DNA of 64,000 nt, taken from assembly GCA_043820105.1 (NCBI GenBank), contig JBDREC010000039.1:1-64000 (forward strand). Reading direction: 5' to 3'. Position 1 is the first letter of the stretch, and each line of letters begins with the position of its first letter. The notes below the pieces were generated by a model. That model did not search any database. It worked only from the letters and a program-made list of their open reading frames with translations, and was not told the origin of the DNA. Origin of the DNA: Pseudomonadota bacterium (lineage in GTDB: Bacteria > Bdellovibrionota_F > JAHFAK01 > JBDREC01). A program made the position numbers and the translations under genes. Below, piece by piece: positions 37,772 to 47,236 of the stretch.

Positions 37772-38905
37772 ATGGATATAAAAGAGTTTATTTCTGGAAA
37801 TTATAGGAATCAATATAAATATAAAAGTTTTCTGCCGCAATATGTTGATATTAGATGGGAAATGAGTGACAGTAATTTGCTTCATTTGCTCAGTGAAGCA
37901 GATATTAAACTTGGGGAATTAAATGCATTCTCTCAATTAATTCCAGATATTGATTATTTTATTAAAATGCATGTGCATAAAGAGGCCACAACCTCAAGCT
38001 CAATAGAAGGAACTGAAACCAATATTAAGGATGCATTACAAAAAAAGGAATTTATTGATCCTGAAAAGAGAGATGACTGGTTAGAAGTTCAAAATTATAT
38101 TAAAGCAATGAATGGAGCAATCATTCAATTAGAGGAATTGCCCCTTTCAAATCGTCTATTAAAGAATACTCACAAAACACTTTTACAGGGTGCAAGAGGC
38201 AAAAACAAAATGCCAGGTGAATTTCGTAATAGTCAAAACTGGATAGGAGGGGCTACCTTAAGTGATGCAGTTTTTATTCCTCCCCATCAAGATGATATAG
38301 CAATACTAATGTCAGACTTTGAAAAATTTATAAATAATGAAAATTATCCTATTCCACATCTAATTAGAATTGGTATTGCGCATTATCAATTTGAAACAAT
38401 ACATCCATTTTTAGATGGAAATGGAAGAATTGGACGTTTATTAATTACCCTATACTTGGTTAGCAAGGGGCTGCTTTTGCGACCAACGCTTTATTTGTCG
38501 GAATTTTTTGAAAAGAATAAAAATCTTTATTATGATAATCTTAATAGAGTTAGAACTCACAATGAATTGACACAGTGGTTGAAATATTTTTTGGTTGGAA
38601 TAAAACAGACAGCTCAAAACTCTATTGAAACATTTCAATTGATAATTAAACTAAGAGAAAAAGTTGAAAATCATGATATTTTATTGCTTGGAAAAAAATC
38701 AAAATTAGCTCAAAAATTTGTTCATTATCTGTATGGAAAACCAATTGTTGATAGCAAAGAAATATCAAAAGAATTTTCCATTAACCCCTCAACTACTTCA
38801 CGCTTGATTGAAGATTTTATTAGATTAGGGATTCTAAAGGAAATTACTGGAAATAAAAGAAATAGAATATTTATTTTTGAAGAGTATATTAAGTTGTTTG
38901 AATAG
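37772..38905 (+). CDS. Fic-family protein with N-terminal inhibitory motif and C-terminal HTH
   Basis: HPFLDGNGRIGR catalytic motif; TSSSIEGT matches (S/T)xxxEG; ATG 37772 after GAGG. Confidence 0.92.
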   Translation: MDIKEFISGNYRNQYKYKSFLPQYVDIRWEMSDSNLLHLLSEADIKLGELNAFSQLIPDIDYFIKMHVHKEATTSSSIEGTETNIKDALQKKEFIDPEKRDDWLEVQNYIKAMNGAIIQLEELPLSNRLLKNTHKTLLQGARGKNKMPGEFRNSQNWIGGATLSDAVFIPPHQDDIAILMSDFEKFINNENYPIPHLIRIGIAHYQFETIHPFLDGNGRIGRLLITLYLVSKGLLLRPTLYLSEFFEKNKNLYYDNLNRVRTHNELTQWLKYFLVGIKQTAQNSIETFQLIIKLREKVENHDILLLGKKSKLAQKFVHYLYGKPIVDSKEISKEFSINPSTTSRLIEDFIRLGILKEITGNKRNRIFIFEEYIKLFE

Positions 38906-38946
38906 AAATGTCATAAGGCGCCACGTCACTTGCGGTTTTTTCCCAC

Positions 38947-39014
38947 CTGTTTCCATTGAGTCTGTTATAAATAATAAAACATGGCGTCCAAGAAACTAGC
39001 AAAAATGTGTCACC
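38947..39014 (+). repeat. Repeat A copy 2 abutting repeat B copy 2 (empty-site-like)
   Basis: CTGTTTCCATTGAGTCTGTTATAAA|TAATAAAACATGGCGTCCAAGAAACTAGCAAAAATGTGTCACC. Confidence 0.88.
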
Positions 39015-39063
39015 CACTTTTTGAGAAGAGGTGGTAGTTAGGGTGAATATGGTAAAGGAAAAT

Positions 39064-39093
39064 AAAAAAGCCAAGCAATTTTAGCTTGGCTTT
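39064..39093 (-). terminator. Intrinsic terminator downstream of tRNA-Leu
   Basis: AAAGCCAAGC-N7-GCTTGGCTTT stem followed by a T-run on the minus strand. Confidence 0.7.
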
Positions 39094-39212
39094 AAATCTT
39101 TGTTTGAGTGTGAGTTTGAGTATTGGGGGATAAAATTTTTTTATCCATCTTTTTTTCAAACCCATTACCCAAACACAATACTGTAAAATTTTTGCGAGAG
39201 CAAAAAATTTTA

Positions 39213-39294
39213 TGCCGAGAGTGAGACTCGAACTCACACGGGTCTCCCCACACGGCCCTCAACCGTGCGCGTCTACCAATTCCACCATCCCGGC
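39213..39294 (-). tRNA. tRNA-Leu (GAG)
   Basis: GCCGGGATGGTGGAATTGGTAGACGCGCACGGTTGAGGGCCGTG...GAGTTCGAGTCTCACTCTCGGCA; anticodon GAG, long variable arm, CCA not encoded; follows secG. Confidence 0.95.
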
Positions 39295-39340
39295 TTATTA
39301 AAACTAGTTCTAGGTCTAGAGCTAGCGCTAGTTCAAATTC

Positions 39341-39748
39341 TTACTGACCTTCGTCTTCTGTTTCAGCTTCTTCAATAGGTGACTCAACTACAGGTTCTGT
39401 GCTTGCTTCTTGGCTTGCTTTTGCTTCTTCTGGTTCTGCGGCTGCTTTCATGCTTCCTTCAGGAGGAACATTGTCAGCAGGGGCGGTTACGCTATCAAGT
39501 AAGGAAGGTTCTACTTCTGATGATGAAATGTGAGCTAGAGTAATCGAAGTAATCATAAAAACGAGAGCTGCGCTAGCTGTAATTTTTGTCATTATGCCAA
39601 CACCACCACTTGTTCCAAACAAAGTTTGACTTGAACCGCCACCAAAGGCAGCCCCAATATCAGAACCCTTGCCTGATTGTAGCAAAACTATTAATATTAA
39701 ACAAAAAGCAACAAATACATGCAATATTGTAATTAGGGTCGCTATCAT
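39341..39748 (-). CDS. secG: Preprotein translocase subunit SecG
   Basis: LIVLLQSGKGSDIGAAFGGGSSQTLFG; tpiA-secG-tRNA-Leu synteny. Confidence 0.93.
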   Translation of the reverse strand: MIATLITILHVFVAFCLILIVLLQSGKGSDIGAAFGGGSSQTLFGTSGGVGIMTKITASAALVFMITSITLAHISSSEVEPSLLDSVTAPADNVPPEGSMKAAAEPEEAKASQEASTEPVVESPIEEAETEDEGQ

Positions 39749-39820
39749 GGTAATTTCCTTGCAAATTATAAAAAGTGTGCACTTCTATAGAAAATGATTT
39801 CAAAAAAGACAAGCTTTTTT

Positions 39821-40579
39821 TTAGTCAACACTTTGGACGATTTTAGCAAAAGAATCAGGATTTAGGCTCGCTCCACCAACTAAAGCACCATCCACGTTTT
39901 CCATTGATAGTAAATCTTTAGCATTTGTGTCTTTTACAGAGCCCCCGTAAAGGATTCTTGTTTTATCAGCTAAAACTGAACCAAACATGTCTCCATAAAT
40001 TTGCCTAATAAAGGCATGGACGCGTTCTGCATCATCTGGAGTTGCTGATTTGCCGGTGCCAATGGCCCAAACTGGTTCATAAGCTATTACAATTTTATCA
40101 AGCTGGAAGGCTTGTAATGCTTTAAAGCATTCTCTAATTTGGACTTCAACAACCTCAAAGGTTTTGTTTTGTTCGTATTCTTCAAGGGTTTCCCCAACAC
40201 AAACAATTGGAATAAGATCAAATTCTAAACAAGCGTGGATTTTTTTATTTATTGTATCATTGGTTTCACAGAAATACTGTCTTCTTTCTGAGTGACCTAA
40301 GATAACATATTCCACACCAATATCTTTAAGCATTGGTGGCGAAACCTCACCTGTAAAGGCACCTGATTCTTCCCATCCCATGTTTTGAGATGCTACTTTA
40401 ATGTTTGTTTCTGCGAGTGCTATGCCAACAGAATTAAGTGCAATATAAGATGGTGCTACAATTACAGTTGCATTTGCTTTGCCTGATAAAGTTGCTTTAA
40501 GGTTTGCAACAAGCTTTATAGCTTCAGGGATTGTACAGTTCATCTTCCAGTTTCCAGCAATAATAGGTTCTCTTTTCAT
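39821..40579 (-). CDS. tpiA: Triosephosphate isomerase
   Basis: IAGNWKMN, LGHSERR, AYEPVWAIGTG, LYGGSV, LVGGASL; start 40579 after AGGAG. Confidence 0.97.
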   Translation of the reverse strand: MKREPIIAGNWKMNCTIPEAIKLVANLKATLSGKANATVIVAPSYIALNSVGIALAETNIKVASQNMGWEESGAFTGEVSPPMLKDIGVEYVILGHSERRQYFCETNDTINKKIHACLEFDLIPIVCVGETLEEYEQNKTFEVVEVQIRECFKALQAFQLDKIVIAYEPVWAIGTGKSATPDDAERVHAFIRQIYGDMFGSVLADKTRILYGGSVKDTNAKDLLSMENVDGALVGGASLNPDSFAKIVQSVD

Positions 40580-40598
40580 TGTGTGTTCTTCTCCTTTT

Positions 40599-42134
40599 TT
40601 ACATGCCTGGTATTGGTAAAGCGGCCATAACTGATTTAAGATCTTCATCTGTAAAGTGGATTCCGCCACCTACAAAGAAATCATATGGGGTATCCCACCA
40701 ACCATTTCTTAAAAGATCATCAACACCAGCAGTTAATAGTATATTTTTCCATAAATCAATATTTAGAAAAGCCCTTACATGGGGCCTTGTTTCTCTTGAA
40801 AAATCAAAAGCATCAACAGAAAGGTAGAAATGATCATCAAATAAATAATAATCAAAACCAACTCCACCTTCTGATCTTATAACACCAAATCTAATATTAA
40901 AATCATAAAATCTTTTTGCAAACTGCACTGAAAAAGTAAACGCATCATCTCTTGTTGAGGTTCTTGTTGTGATTGGAGTGCCATCATCAACAGTAATGGT
41001 GTTTTCGGTAACCATTTCATCACCAAGGGGTTCATCAACAAATTCTATAAGAAAAAACTTGTCAGGTCTTGGTTGAATTTTTAGTTGAACATAGTTTTGA
41101 AGTTCTTGCGTGTCTGTTAACAAGAATTCACCCCTATAACCAATACTTGTTTCAATTCTGTTTACAGTTTCAATAAAGGTATTAACTCCATCAATAGTGG
41201 TTTCAAGCTTTTCTACAACAGCCTCATCAGATAAAAGCTTTCCAATGGTACCTTCTCCTCTTTCAACTCGTTCCATTATTCCTTTTAAGGAAGCTAAAGA
41301 TTGCTTAAGATCACTTGTTGCTTCTTTGACGTTTTGAACAGAGGAATTAATTCTTTCATCACTTGATCCAATAACATCATTTAAGTTATGCGAAATTTCT
41401 TCAAAGTTACCAATAATGTGATTTATTGCTTTAATGTTTTCACTAGACATATCGCGAAGATCTTTTGTGAAAAGCTCGACATTTGTGGCAACATTAGTAA
41501 TTTTTTCATCACTTTTTTTTATGGATTGATGAAGATCTGCCATCATGTCTTGGATGGAAACTGTTATGTTTTTTAAATTTTCAAGAATGTCAGGAACAGT
41601 TGAGCTAAGAATTTCAACCTTTAAAACACTAACCAAGTTATTAGTCATTTCTTCAATATTTGAAGCAATTCTATCAAACTTTGGCATCATTTCACCAACA
41701 TCACTAAAACGATTGAAAATTTGGTCTAGCTCAGAAAAAGAGTTCGTGTTTTTGATTATGCCTCTGTCTGGGATGATGTGGTTAGTATCAGTTCCCAGGG
41801 AAAGTTCAATAATTCTTTCACCCAACAAACCCTTGTCTCGAATTTGAAGTCTAGAATCACGAGTTATTATTATTTTAGGATCAATTCCAGCAAGAGTGAG
41901 CCGTGCTTTACCATTATGAAGTTTTATATCAGCAACATAACCTGTCCTAATACCAGCGATCATAACAGGTGTTTTCATAATAATACCAATGATATTTTCA
42001 AAGTCTGCGTAGTAGGTATGACCCTGTGATCCGAATAATGGAGCATCATTAACTCTGGCTGACATATAGGCGATTCCAACAATACCAGCAATAACAACGA
42101 TTCCAACTTTTATTTCGCTTGTTAGCTTTAGCAC
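40599..42134 (-). CDS. mlaD: Long MCE/MlaD-family protein
   Basis: N-terminal TM and MCE domain (PVMIAGIRTG, KGLLGERIIEL), long helical region, GEGTIGKLL, beta-rich C-terminus. Confidence 0.85.
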   Translation of the reverse strand: MLKLTSEIKVGIVVIAGIVGIAYMSARVNDAPLFGSQGHTYYADFENIIGIIMKTPVMIAGIRTGYVADIKLHNGKARLTLAGIDPKIIITRDSRLQIRDKGLLGERIIELSLGTDTNHIIPDRGIIKNTNSFSELDQIFNRFSDVGEMMPKFDRIASNIEEMTNNLVSVLKVEILSSTVPDILENLKNITVSIQDMMADLHQSIKKSDEKITNVATNVELFTKDLRDMSSENIKAINHIIGNFEEISHNLNDVIGSSDERINSSVQNVKEATSDLKQSLASLKGIMERVERGEGTIGKLLSDEAVVEKLETTIDGVNTFIETVNRIETSIGYRGEFLLTDTQELQNYVQLKIQPRPDKFFLIEFVDEPLGDEMVTENTITVDDGTPITTRTSTRDDAFTFSVQFAKRFYDFNIRFGVIRSEGGVGFDYYLFDDHFYLSVDAFDFSRETRPHVRAFLNIDLWKNILLTAGVDDLLRNGWWDTPYDFFVGGGIHFTDEDLKSVMAALPIPGM

Positions 42135-42149
42135 ATTTATTCCTTATCT

Positions 42150-42234
42150 TAAGTCATAAGTCATAAGTCATAAGTCGTAAGTTAAAAGAATATTCATTTT
42201 CCCTTACGACTTATCACTTACTACTTACGACTTA
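42150..42234. repeat. Inverted heptamer arrays (TAAGTCA)n / (CTTACGA)n
   Basis: Five TAAGTC(A/G)-type units, spacer, four to five CTTA(C/T)NA units; includes the mlaF TAA stop. Confidence 0.88.
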
Positions 42235-42960
42235 TAACCTGCTTCTTGCTAAAAACTCTTTTACAGGTTTTAAGTCAGATTTTAAAATCTGAGCTGGGGT
42301 TCCTGTTTCAATTATGCGCCCATCATATAGCATTGCAATTTTATCTGCAATCTTAAAAGTTGATGCAATATCATGACTAATGACAATAGATGTTACATTT
42401 AATTCCTTTTTTGTGTTAACAATTAAATCATCAATTGCATCTGACATAATGGGATCTAATCCAGTTGTTGGTTCATCATAAAGAATAATCTGAGGCTCAA
42501 GAACAATGGCTCTTGCAAGCCCTACCCTTTTTCTCATGCCTCCGGATAATTCACTTGGGTAGTTATGATCAATGCCTTTTAAACCAACAAGATCTAATTT
42601 TTGCCTCACAATATCCTTTATTTTAGACTCTTTATATTTTGTATGTTCTTTCAATGGAAAAGAAACATTTTCATAAACTGTCATAGAATCAAAAAGTGCT
42701 GCGTCTTGAAATAAATAACCAAAATTTTTTCTGATGTTTTTTAATTCAAAAGAGTTCATTTTTGTAAGCTCATGTCCATCAATTTTGATGCTGCCTTGAT
42801 CAGGTTTTATTAGTCCAATGAAGTGCTTAACAAGTACAGACTTTCCCCCACCAGATGCACCAATTATAAAAGTAGTTTCACCCTTAATGCAATTTAGATT
42901 CACTCCTTTTAAGACTTTTTTTTCTCCAAAGGATTTATGTAGGTTCAATACTTCTATCAT
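42232..42960 (-). CDS. mlaF: ABC transporter ATP-binding protein MlaF
   Basis: GASGGGKS, FQDAALFDSMTVYENV, LSGGMRKRVGLARA, YDEPTTGLDP. Confidence 0.9.
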   Translation of the reverse strand: MIEVLNLHKSFGEKKVLKGVNLNCIKGETTFIIGASGGGKSVLVKHFIGLIKPDQGSIKIDGHELTKMNSFELKNIRKNFGYLFQDAALFDSMTVYENVSFPLKEHTKYKESKIKDIVRQKLDLVGLKGIDHNYPSELSGGMRKRVGLARAIVLEPQIILYDEPTTGLDPIMSDAIDDLIVNTKKELNVTSIVISHDIASTFKIADKIAMLYDGRIIETGTPAQILKSDLKPVKEFLARSRL

Positions 42961-42971
42961 TTGTTAAATTC

Positions 42972-43045
42972 GTATTAAGTATTAAGTATTTAGTATTCAG
43001 TATTCAGTGAAAAAACTGAATACCGAATACAGAATACCGAATACT
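42972..43045. repeat. Inverted heptamer arrays (GTATTCA)n / (GAATACN)n
   Basis: Five GTATTHA units, 6-nt spacer, four GAATAC units; overlaps the mlaE TAG. Confidence 0.9.
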
Positions 43046-43808
43046 AAAACAATAAAGATGTTAATATATAATCAGCCACTAAAATCAAAACAGAAGATAA
43101 CACAACTGCTTTTGTCGTTGATTTTCCCACTCCAAGGGCGCCTTTTTCTGTTCTAAGGCCATTATGACAACAAACAATTGCTATAATGAATCCAAAAAAC
43201 ATTGATTTAAATAATCCGTCAGTAATATCTTTAACATCAACCATCCATTCAATATAATCAAAAAATATACCTTCTCCTATTTCAAGCATTCCAACACCTA
43301 CAAGCCAGGCTCCAAAGATGGCGATGAAATCAATGATGCCAACTAAAATAGGCATCATTATAGTTGCCGCGATAACTCTTGGAACAACTAAATAGCTAAC
43401 TGGCTCAACAGCCATTGTATTTAATGCATCAATTTGTTGGGTTACTTTCATTGTTCCAATTTGAGCAGCCATAGCTGACCCTGCTCTGGCTGTGATCATA
43501 AGAGCAGCCATAACTGGACCAAGCTCTCTAAAAACTGCCATAGCAACAACTGAGCCAACTGTACCTTCGGCTTGAAAACGCATAAAAACACGCCCTGTTT
43601 CAAGGGCAAAAACCATTCCTGTAAAAAAACCAGTTAGAATTACAATGAAGATTGAGTTAGCTCCAATATTTTCCATTTCACTAAAAATTAATTTTAATCT
43701 AAATGGAGGTTTGACGGCACATTTGAAAAAGGTACCAGTAGTGATTGCAAGCCTGCCTGCTTCATCAAGAAAATTTATTAATGTCTTTTTTAAAAAAGAT
43801 ATTATCAT
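43044..43808 (-). CDS. mlaE: ABC transporter permease MlaE
   Basis: RELGPVMAALMITARAGSAMAAQIGTMKVTQQIDAL, VVPRV, GVGKSTTKAVV. Confidence 0.92.
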   Translation of the reverse strand: MIISFLKKTLINFLDEAGRLAITTGTFFKCAVKPPFRLKLIFSEMENIGANSIFIVILTGFFTGMVFALETGRVFMRFQAEGTVGSVVAMAVFRELGPVMAALMITARAGSAMAAQIGTMKVTQQIDALNTMAVEPVSYLVVPRVIAATIMMPILVGIIDFIAIFGAWLVGVGMLEIGEGIFFDYIEWMVDVKDITDGLFKSMFFGFIIAIVCCHNGLRTEKGALGVGKSTTKAVVLSSVLILVADYILTSLLF

Positions 43809-43814
43809 TATTAC

Positions 43815-44915
43815 CTATATAAATGTTCTAGGAATATAATCTCTAAATAAGGTTAAAATCTCATAAGGAATAGTGTCGCATTTTTCTGCGATGTCATAGG
43901 CTGTGATACTCTTATTCCCATCTTTTCCAAGCAAGGTAACTGTGTCACCAATTTTTACATTTGATTTTGATACATCTAGCATCATCATGTCCATGCAAAT
44001 ATCACCAACTATTGGGTAAAAACTTTCATTTATTAAAACTTGTCCATAGTTTTTATATGTCCTTAAATAACCATCAGCGTAGCCAATAGGGACAACTGCT
44101 ATTTTTGTGCTTTCTTTTACACTATGCCTTCTGTTATAGCCAACTGTCATTCCTGGTTTTACTTCCCTGATAGAAACAACTTCTGTTTTTACTTCCATAA
44201 CAGGCTTCAGGTTTTGTTTGCTATATTCAATGGAACCTGCATATCCATAAAGTGATAATCCAACTCTAACCATGTCACAATGTGCATCAGGATGATAAAT
44301 AGTTCCTGAAGAATTTGCAAGGTGCGTGATTATGTGTTCACCAAATTTATGTTTTATAGTCTTGGCCATATCGGAAAAATATTCAATTTGTCTAATTGTG
44401 TCTTCTGATCTTGAATCAGGCATGTGTGACATTAAGCCAACAATATTAATTCCAGATTCATTACAAATATTGAAAACCTTTTCAATTTCATCTGTTGAAA
44501 AACCAAGACGATTCATTCCAGTATCAAGCGTAAGATGGACATTGATCTTAATATTTAATTTATCAACTAGTTGGTGCAGATTATGAAAGGTTTCGTAGTT
44601 ATAAATAGAAATAGTTATATTGTTTTTTGCTGCTATTTCTAATTCGTCTTTGTGTACAGGTCCAATGACTAGCATTGGCAAGTTAATATCATTTTCTCGC
44701 AGAAAAACCGCTTCACTTGCTGAATGCAAGGCAAGGTAAGCAATGTTTTGCTTTTCTAAAACCTTACTAATTTCCACAAAGCCATGACCATAGGCATTAT
44801 CCTTAACAACTGCCATTATTTTAACATCACTTGCTAGCTTATCTTTAATATAATAGAGGTTATGTTCAATGTTGGAAAGCTTAATTAATATTCTGTTATA
44901 TTTATTTATGGCCAT
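43815..44915 (-). CDS. alr: Alanine racemase
   Basis: AVVKDNAYGHG, DTGMNRLG, HLANS, PIGYADG, ICMD, TIPYE. Confidence 0.95.
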   Translation of the reverse strand: MAINKYNRILIKLSNIEHNLYYIKDKLASDVKIMAVVKDNAYGHGFVEISKVLEKQNIAYLALHSASEAVFLRENDINLPMLVIGPVHKDELEIAAKNNITISIYNYETFHNLHQLVDKLNIKINVHLTLDTGMNRLGFSTDEIEKVFNICNESGINIVGLMSHMPDSRSEDTIRQIEYFSDMAKTIKHKFGEHIITHLANSSGTIYHPDAHCDMVRVGLSLYGYAGSIEYSKQNLKPVMEVKTEVVSIREVKPGMTVGYNRRHSVKESTKIAVVPIGYADGYLRTYKNYGQVLINESFYPIVGDICMDMMMLDVSKSNVKIGDTVTLLGKDGNKSITAYDIAEKCDTIPYEILTLFRDYIPRTFI

Positions 44916-44928
44916 TTAAATTACCTGT

Positions 44929-45372
44929 TTATAAGCAGTTAATGCTACCTTCTGTTATATAAAATATTGTTTCATAAGTTCCAAGAATTAAAAGCCACTT
45001 AACCACAAAACCTTGCAGCAAGGAGCTCTCTTCTGTTGTTATAGTATCTTCATAACTCACTGTTTGTGTTGGAGTGATATAATCCACTGCAAACAAAGAA
45101 TCAAGTTCTTCTTTTGTATATTTTATTGTTTCTATAATATTTTCTTCATTACTGTCATAGATGGTTTTTGTGCCGTGGATAAAAAATAAAACCTCACCGT
45201 GAACTTCTGACAGCTCAATTTCATAAGTACAAATGGCTTGATTATCTGTAGATGTAAAGCTAACACTACCTGCATCAAAGCTTGATTCGACTGTAGTGTA
45301 AACTGGCAATTCAGTTTCGCAAGCCACTAATAAAAATAGTGAAAAAATAGTTATTAAATTATGAGTTAAGTT
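44929..45372 (-). CDS. Hypothetical lipoprotein
   Basis: Lipobox LLVAC; start uncertain (45372 or 45390). Confidence 0.55.
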   Translation of the reverse strand, partial: NLTHNLITIFSLFLLVACETELPVYTTVESSFDAGSVSFTSTDNQAICTYEIELSEVHGEVLFFIHGTKTIYDSNEENIIETIKYTKEELDSLFAVDYITPTQTVSYEDTITTEESSLLQGFVVKWLLILGTYETIFYITEGSINCL

Positions 45373-46336
45373 CATTTTTAAAATAAGCAATTGTTGCTTC
45401 TAATCCCTTTTCTAGTTCAATTGTTGGTTCCCAGTTTAATATGTTTTTTGCTCTTGAAATGTTTGGACAACGTTGTTTGGGGTCATCTAATGGAAGTTCT
45501 TTATATACAATCTTTGAAGAGCTCTTTGTTATCTCAATTACCAGGTTTGCAAGTGTTAGCATGTCAAACTCTTTTGGATTTCCCAGGTTGACAGGGTAAT
45601 GAATATCATTCTTATCACAAACTTTGTCTTCCTGTGTTTCCATAAGCGCAATCAGACCCCTGACTAAATCATCAACAAAACAAAATGACCTTGTCTGCCT
45701 ACCATTACCATAAATAGTGATATCTTCATTTTGCAAAGCCTGACAGATAAAATTTGAAACAACCCTGCCATCATTTTGTGCCATGTTTGGACCATAGGTG
45801 TTGAAAATTCTAGCGATACGAATATCCACATTGTTTTGTCTGTGATAATCCATCATCAAAGTTTCAGCGACACGCTTTCCTTCATCATAACAACTTCTAA
45901 TGCCAATTGGATTTACATTACCACAATAGCTTTCTTCTTGTGGATGCACAGTGGGGTCTCCATAGACTTCAGAAGTAGAGGCCTGCAAGATTTTTGCATT
46001 TGTTCTTTTTGATAAACCAAGCATGTTTATAACACCGGCTACACTTGTTTTAATCGTTTTAATGGCATTATGTTGGTAATGTATTGGAGACGCAGGACAC
46101 GCTAGATTATATATCTCCTCAACTTCTATTAAAATAGGATGAATAATGTCATGTCTTAGCAATTCAAAGCTTGGATTATTCATCAAAGTTTTGATATTAG
46201 CTTTTCTTCCTGTGAAAAAGTTATCAAGGCAAATTACTTCATAATTTTTTTCCAGAAGTTTTGCACAGATATGAGATCCAATAAAACCAGCTCCACCAGT
46301 TACTAATACGCGTTTTTTTTTATGGTAATTAAGCAT
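45359..46336 (-). CDS. UDP-glucuronate decarboxylase family (NAD-dependent SDR)
   Basis: [61 protein letters not shown]. Confidence 0.92.
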   Translation of the reverse strand: MLNYHKKKRVLVTGGAGFIGSHICAKLLEKNYEVICLDNFFTGRKANIKTLMNNPSFELLRHDIIHPILIEVEEIYNLACPASPIHYQHNAIKTIKTSVAGVINMLGLSKRTNAKILQASTSEVYGDPTVHPQEESYCGNVNPIGIRSCYDEGKRVAETLMMDYHRQNNVDIRIARIFNTYGPNMAQNDGRVVSNFICQALQNEDITIYGNGRQTRSFCFVDDLVRGLIALMETQEDKVCDKNDIHYPVNLGNPKEFDMLTLANLVIEITKSSSKIVYKELPLDDPKQRCPNISRAKNILNWEPTIELEKGLEATIAYFKNELNS

Positions 46337-46349
46337 TTAAAATATTCCC

Positions 46350-47135
46350 TTATTGTTTCTTTTCTATTAGTTCCTTTGATTCGTTATCCCGACTGGCCAT
46401 GTAGACCATTTTTTCAGCTACTCTTTTTGCAATTTCTTCAAATTGCTTATCAGTATTTATATTTTTACTTAAATCAGCAGGTGGCGAAAATAGCTTTTTA
46501 GAGATCTTTAAGCCAGGTTTTAAGTCAATGCTTCCAAGCTCAGTTAATAAATTTTTTGATTTATCATGTGCAAAGCATGGGATGTTTTGACTGCCTTTAA
46601 AAACATATGTTTTTACTTGTTCTACTTCATATCCTGAACACGAAAGCATGATATCGTTTTCGTTTAAATCTGCTTTCTTTTCCTCGGTTTTGTATTTTTT
46701 TGTAAGAAAATCCTTATCTGACAGAGTGCTTATTTTGTGACCCATATCTTCAGCTAATAAAAAACCAAACCTTTCAAGGTTAGCTCTAATCTTTTTCTTT
46801 TTTTCTTCGTCAAAATCTTTCAGTAAAGGATCAATAAACTTTTTGGGGTTGTCCTGCTTAATTCCTGTTTTGCCTATTATATCAATGTACCAGATATATT
46901 CATCTGTGATTATTTGCAAGGTGTGGGATTCAAAGGTTGCCTTTTCTTTTCTTATTTGAGTTTTTCTCTCAATTCTTCTGCTTGTATCTGAAATGTATAT
47001 TGTTTGAGTACCTGTTTCATTTCCATTGATTTTATAATGTATTATTGCTTCGCTCAAATCAGGATTTTCAATTGTTTTAGAAAAAACGAAGGAACTAATC
47101 AATAGTGAGATTATAATAATTAATATTTTCATCAT
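46350..47135 (-). CDS. Hypothetical exported protein
   Basis: Signal peptide MMKILIIIISLLISSFVFS after GAAAGG; start reassigned from 47240. Confidence 0.6.
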   Translation of the reverse strand: MMKILIIIISLLISSFVFSKTIENPDLSEAIIHYKINGNETGTQTIYISDTSRRIERKTQIRKEKATFESHTLQIITDEYIWYIDIIGKTGIKQDNPKKFIDPLLKDFDEEKKKKIRANLERFGFLLAEDMGHKISTLSDKDFLTKKYKTEEKKADLNENDIMLSCSGYEVEQVKTYVFKGSQNIPCFAHDKSKNLLTELGSIDLKPGLKISKKLFSPPADLSKNINTDKQFEEIAKRVAEKMVYMASRDNESKELIEKKQ

Positions 47136-47236
47136 ATCTAACCTTTCAATCCTTATTTTCTTGTGATTAGTAACGTTTTCGAGCACGTGTACGAGCAAGG
47201 TCCTCTCTCGTTTCTTGCCAGCAACTAAGCAACCAG

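Noticed and set aside
35530-39294. Integrase-type genomic island at tRNA-Leu
   Set aside because: No tyrosine or serine integrase is present, and I found no duplicated tRNA 3' end (att site) in the window.
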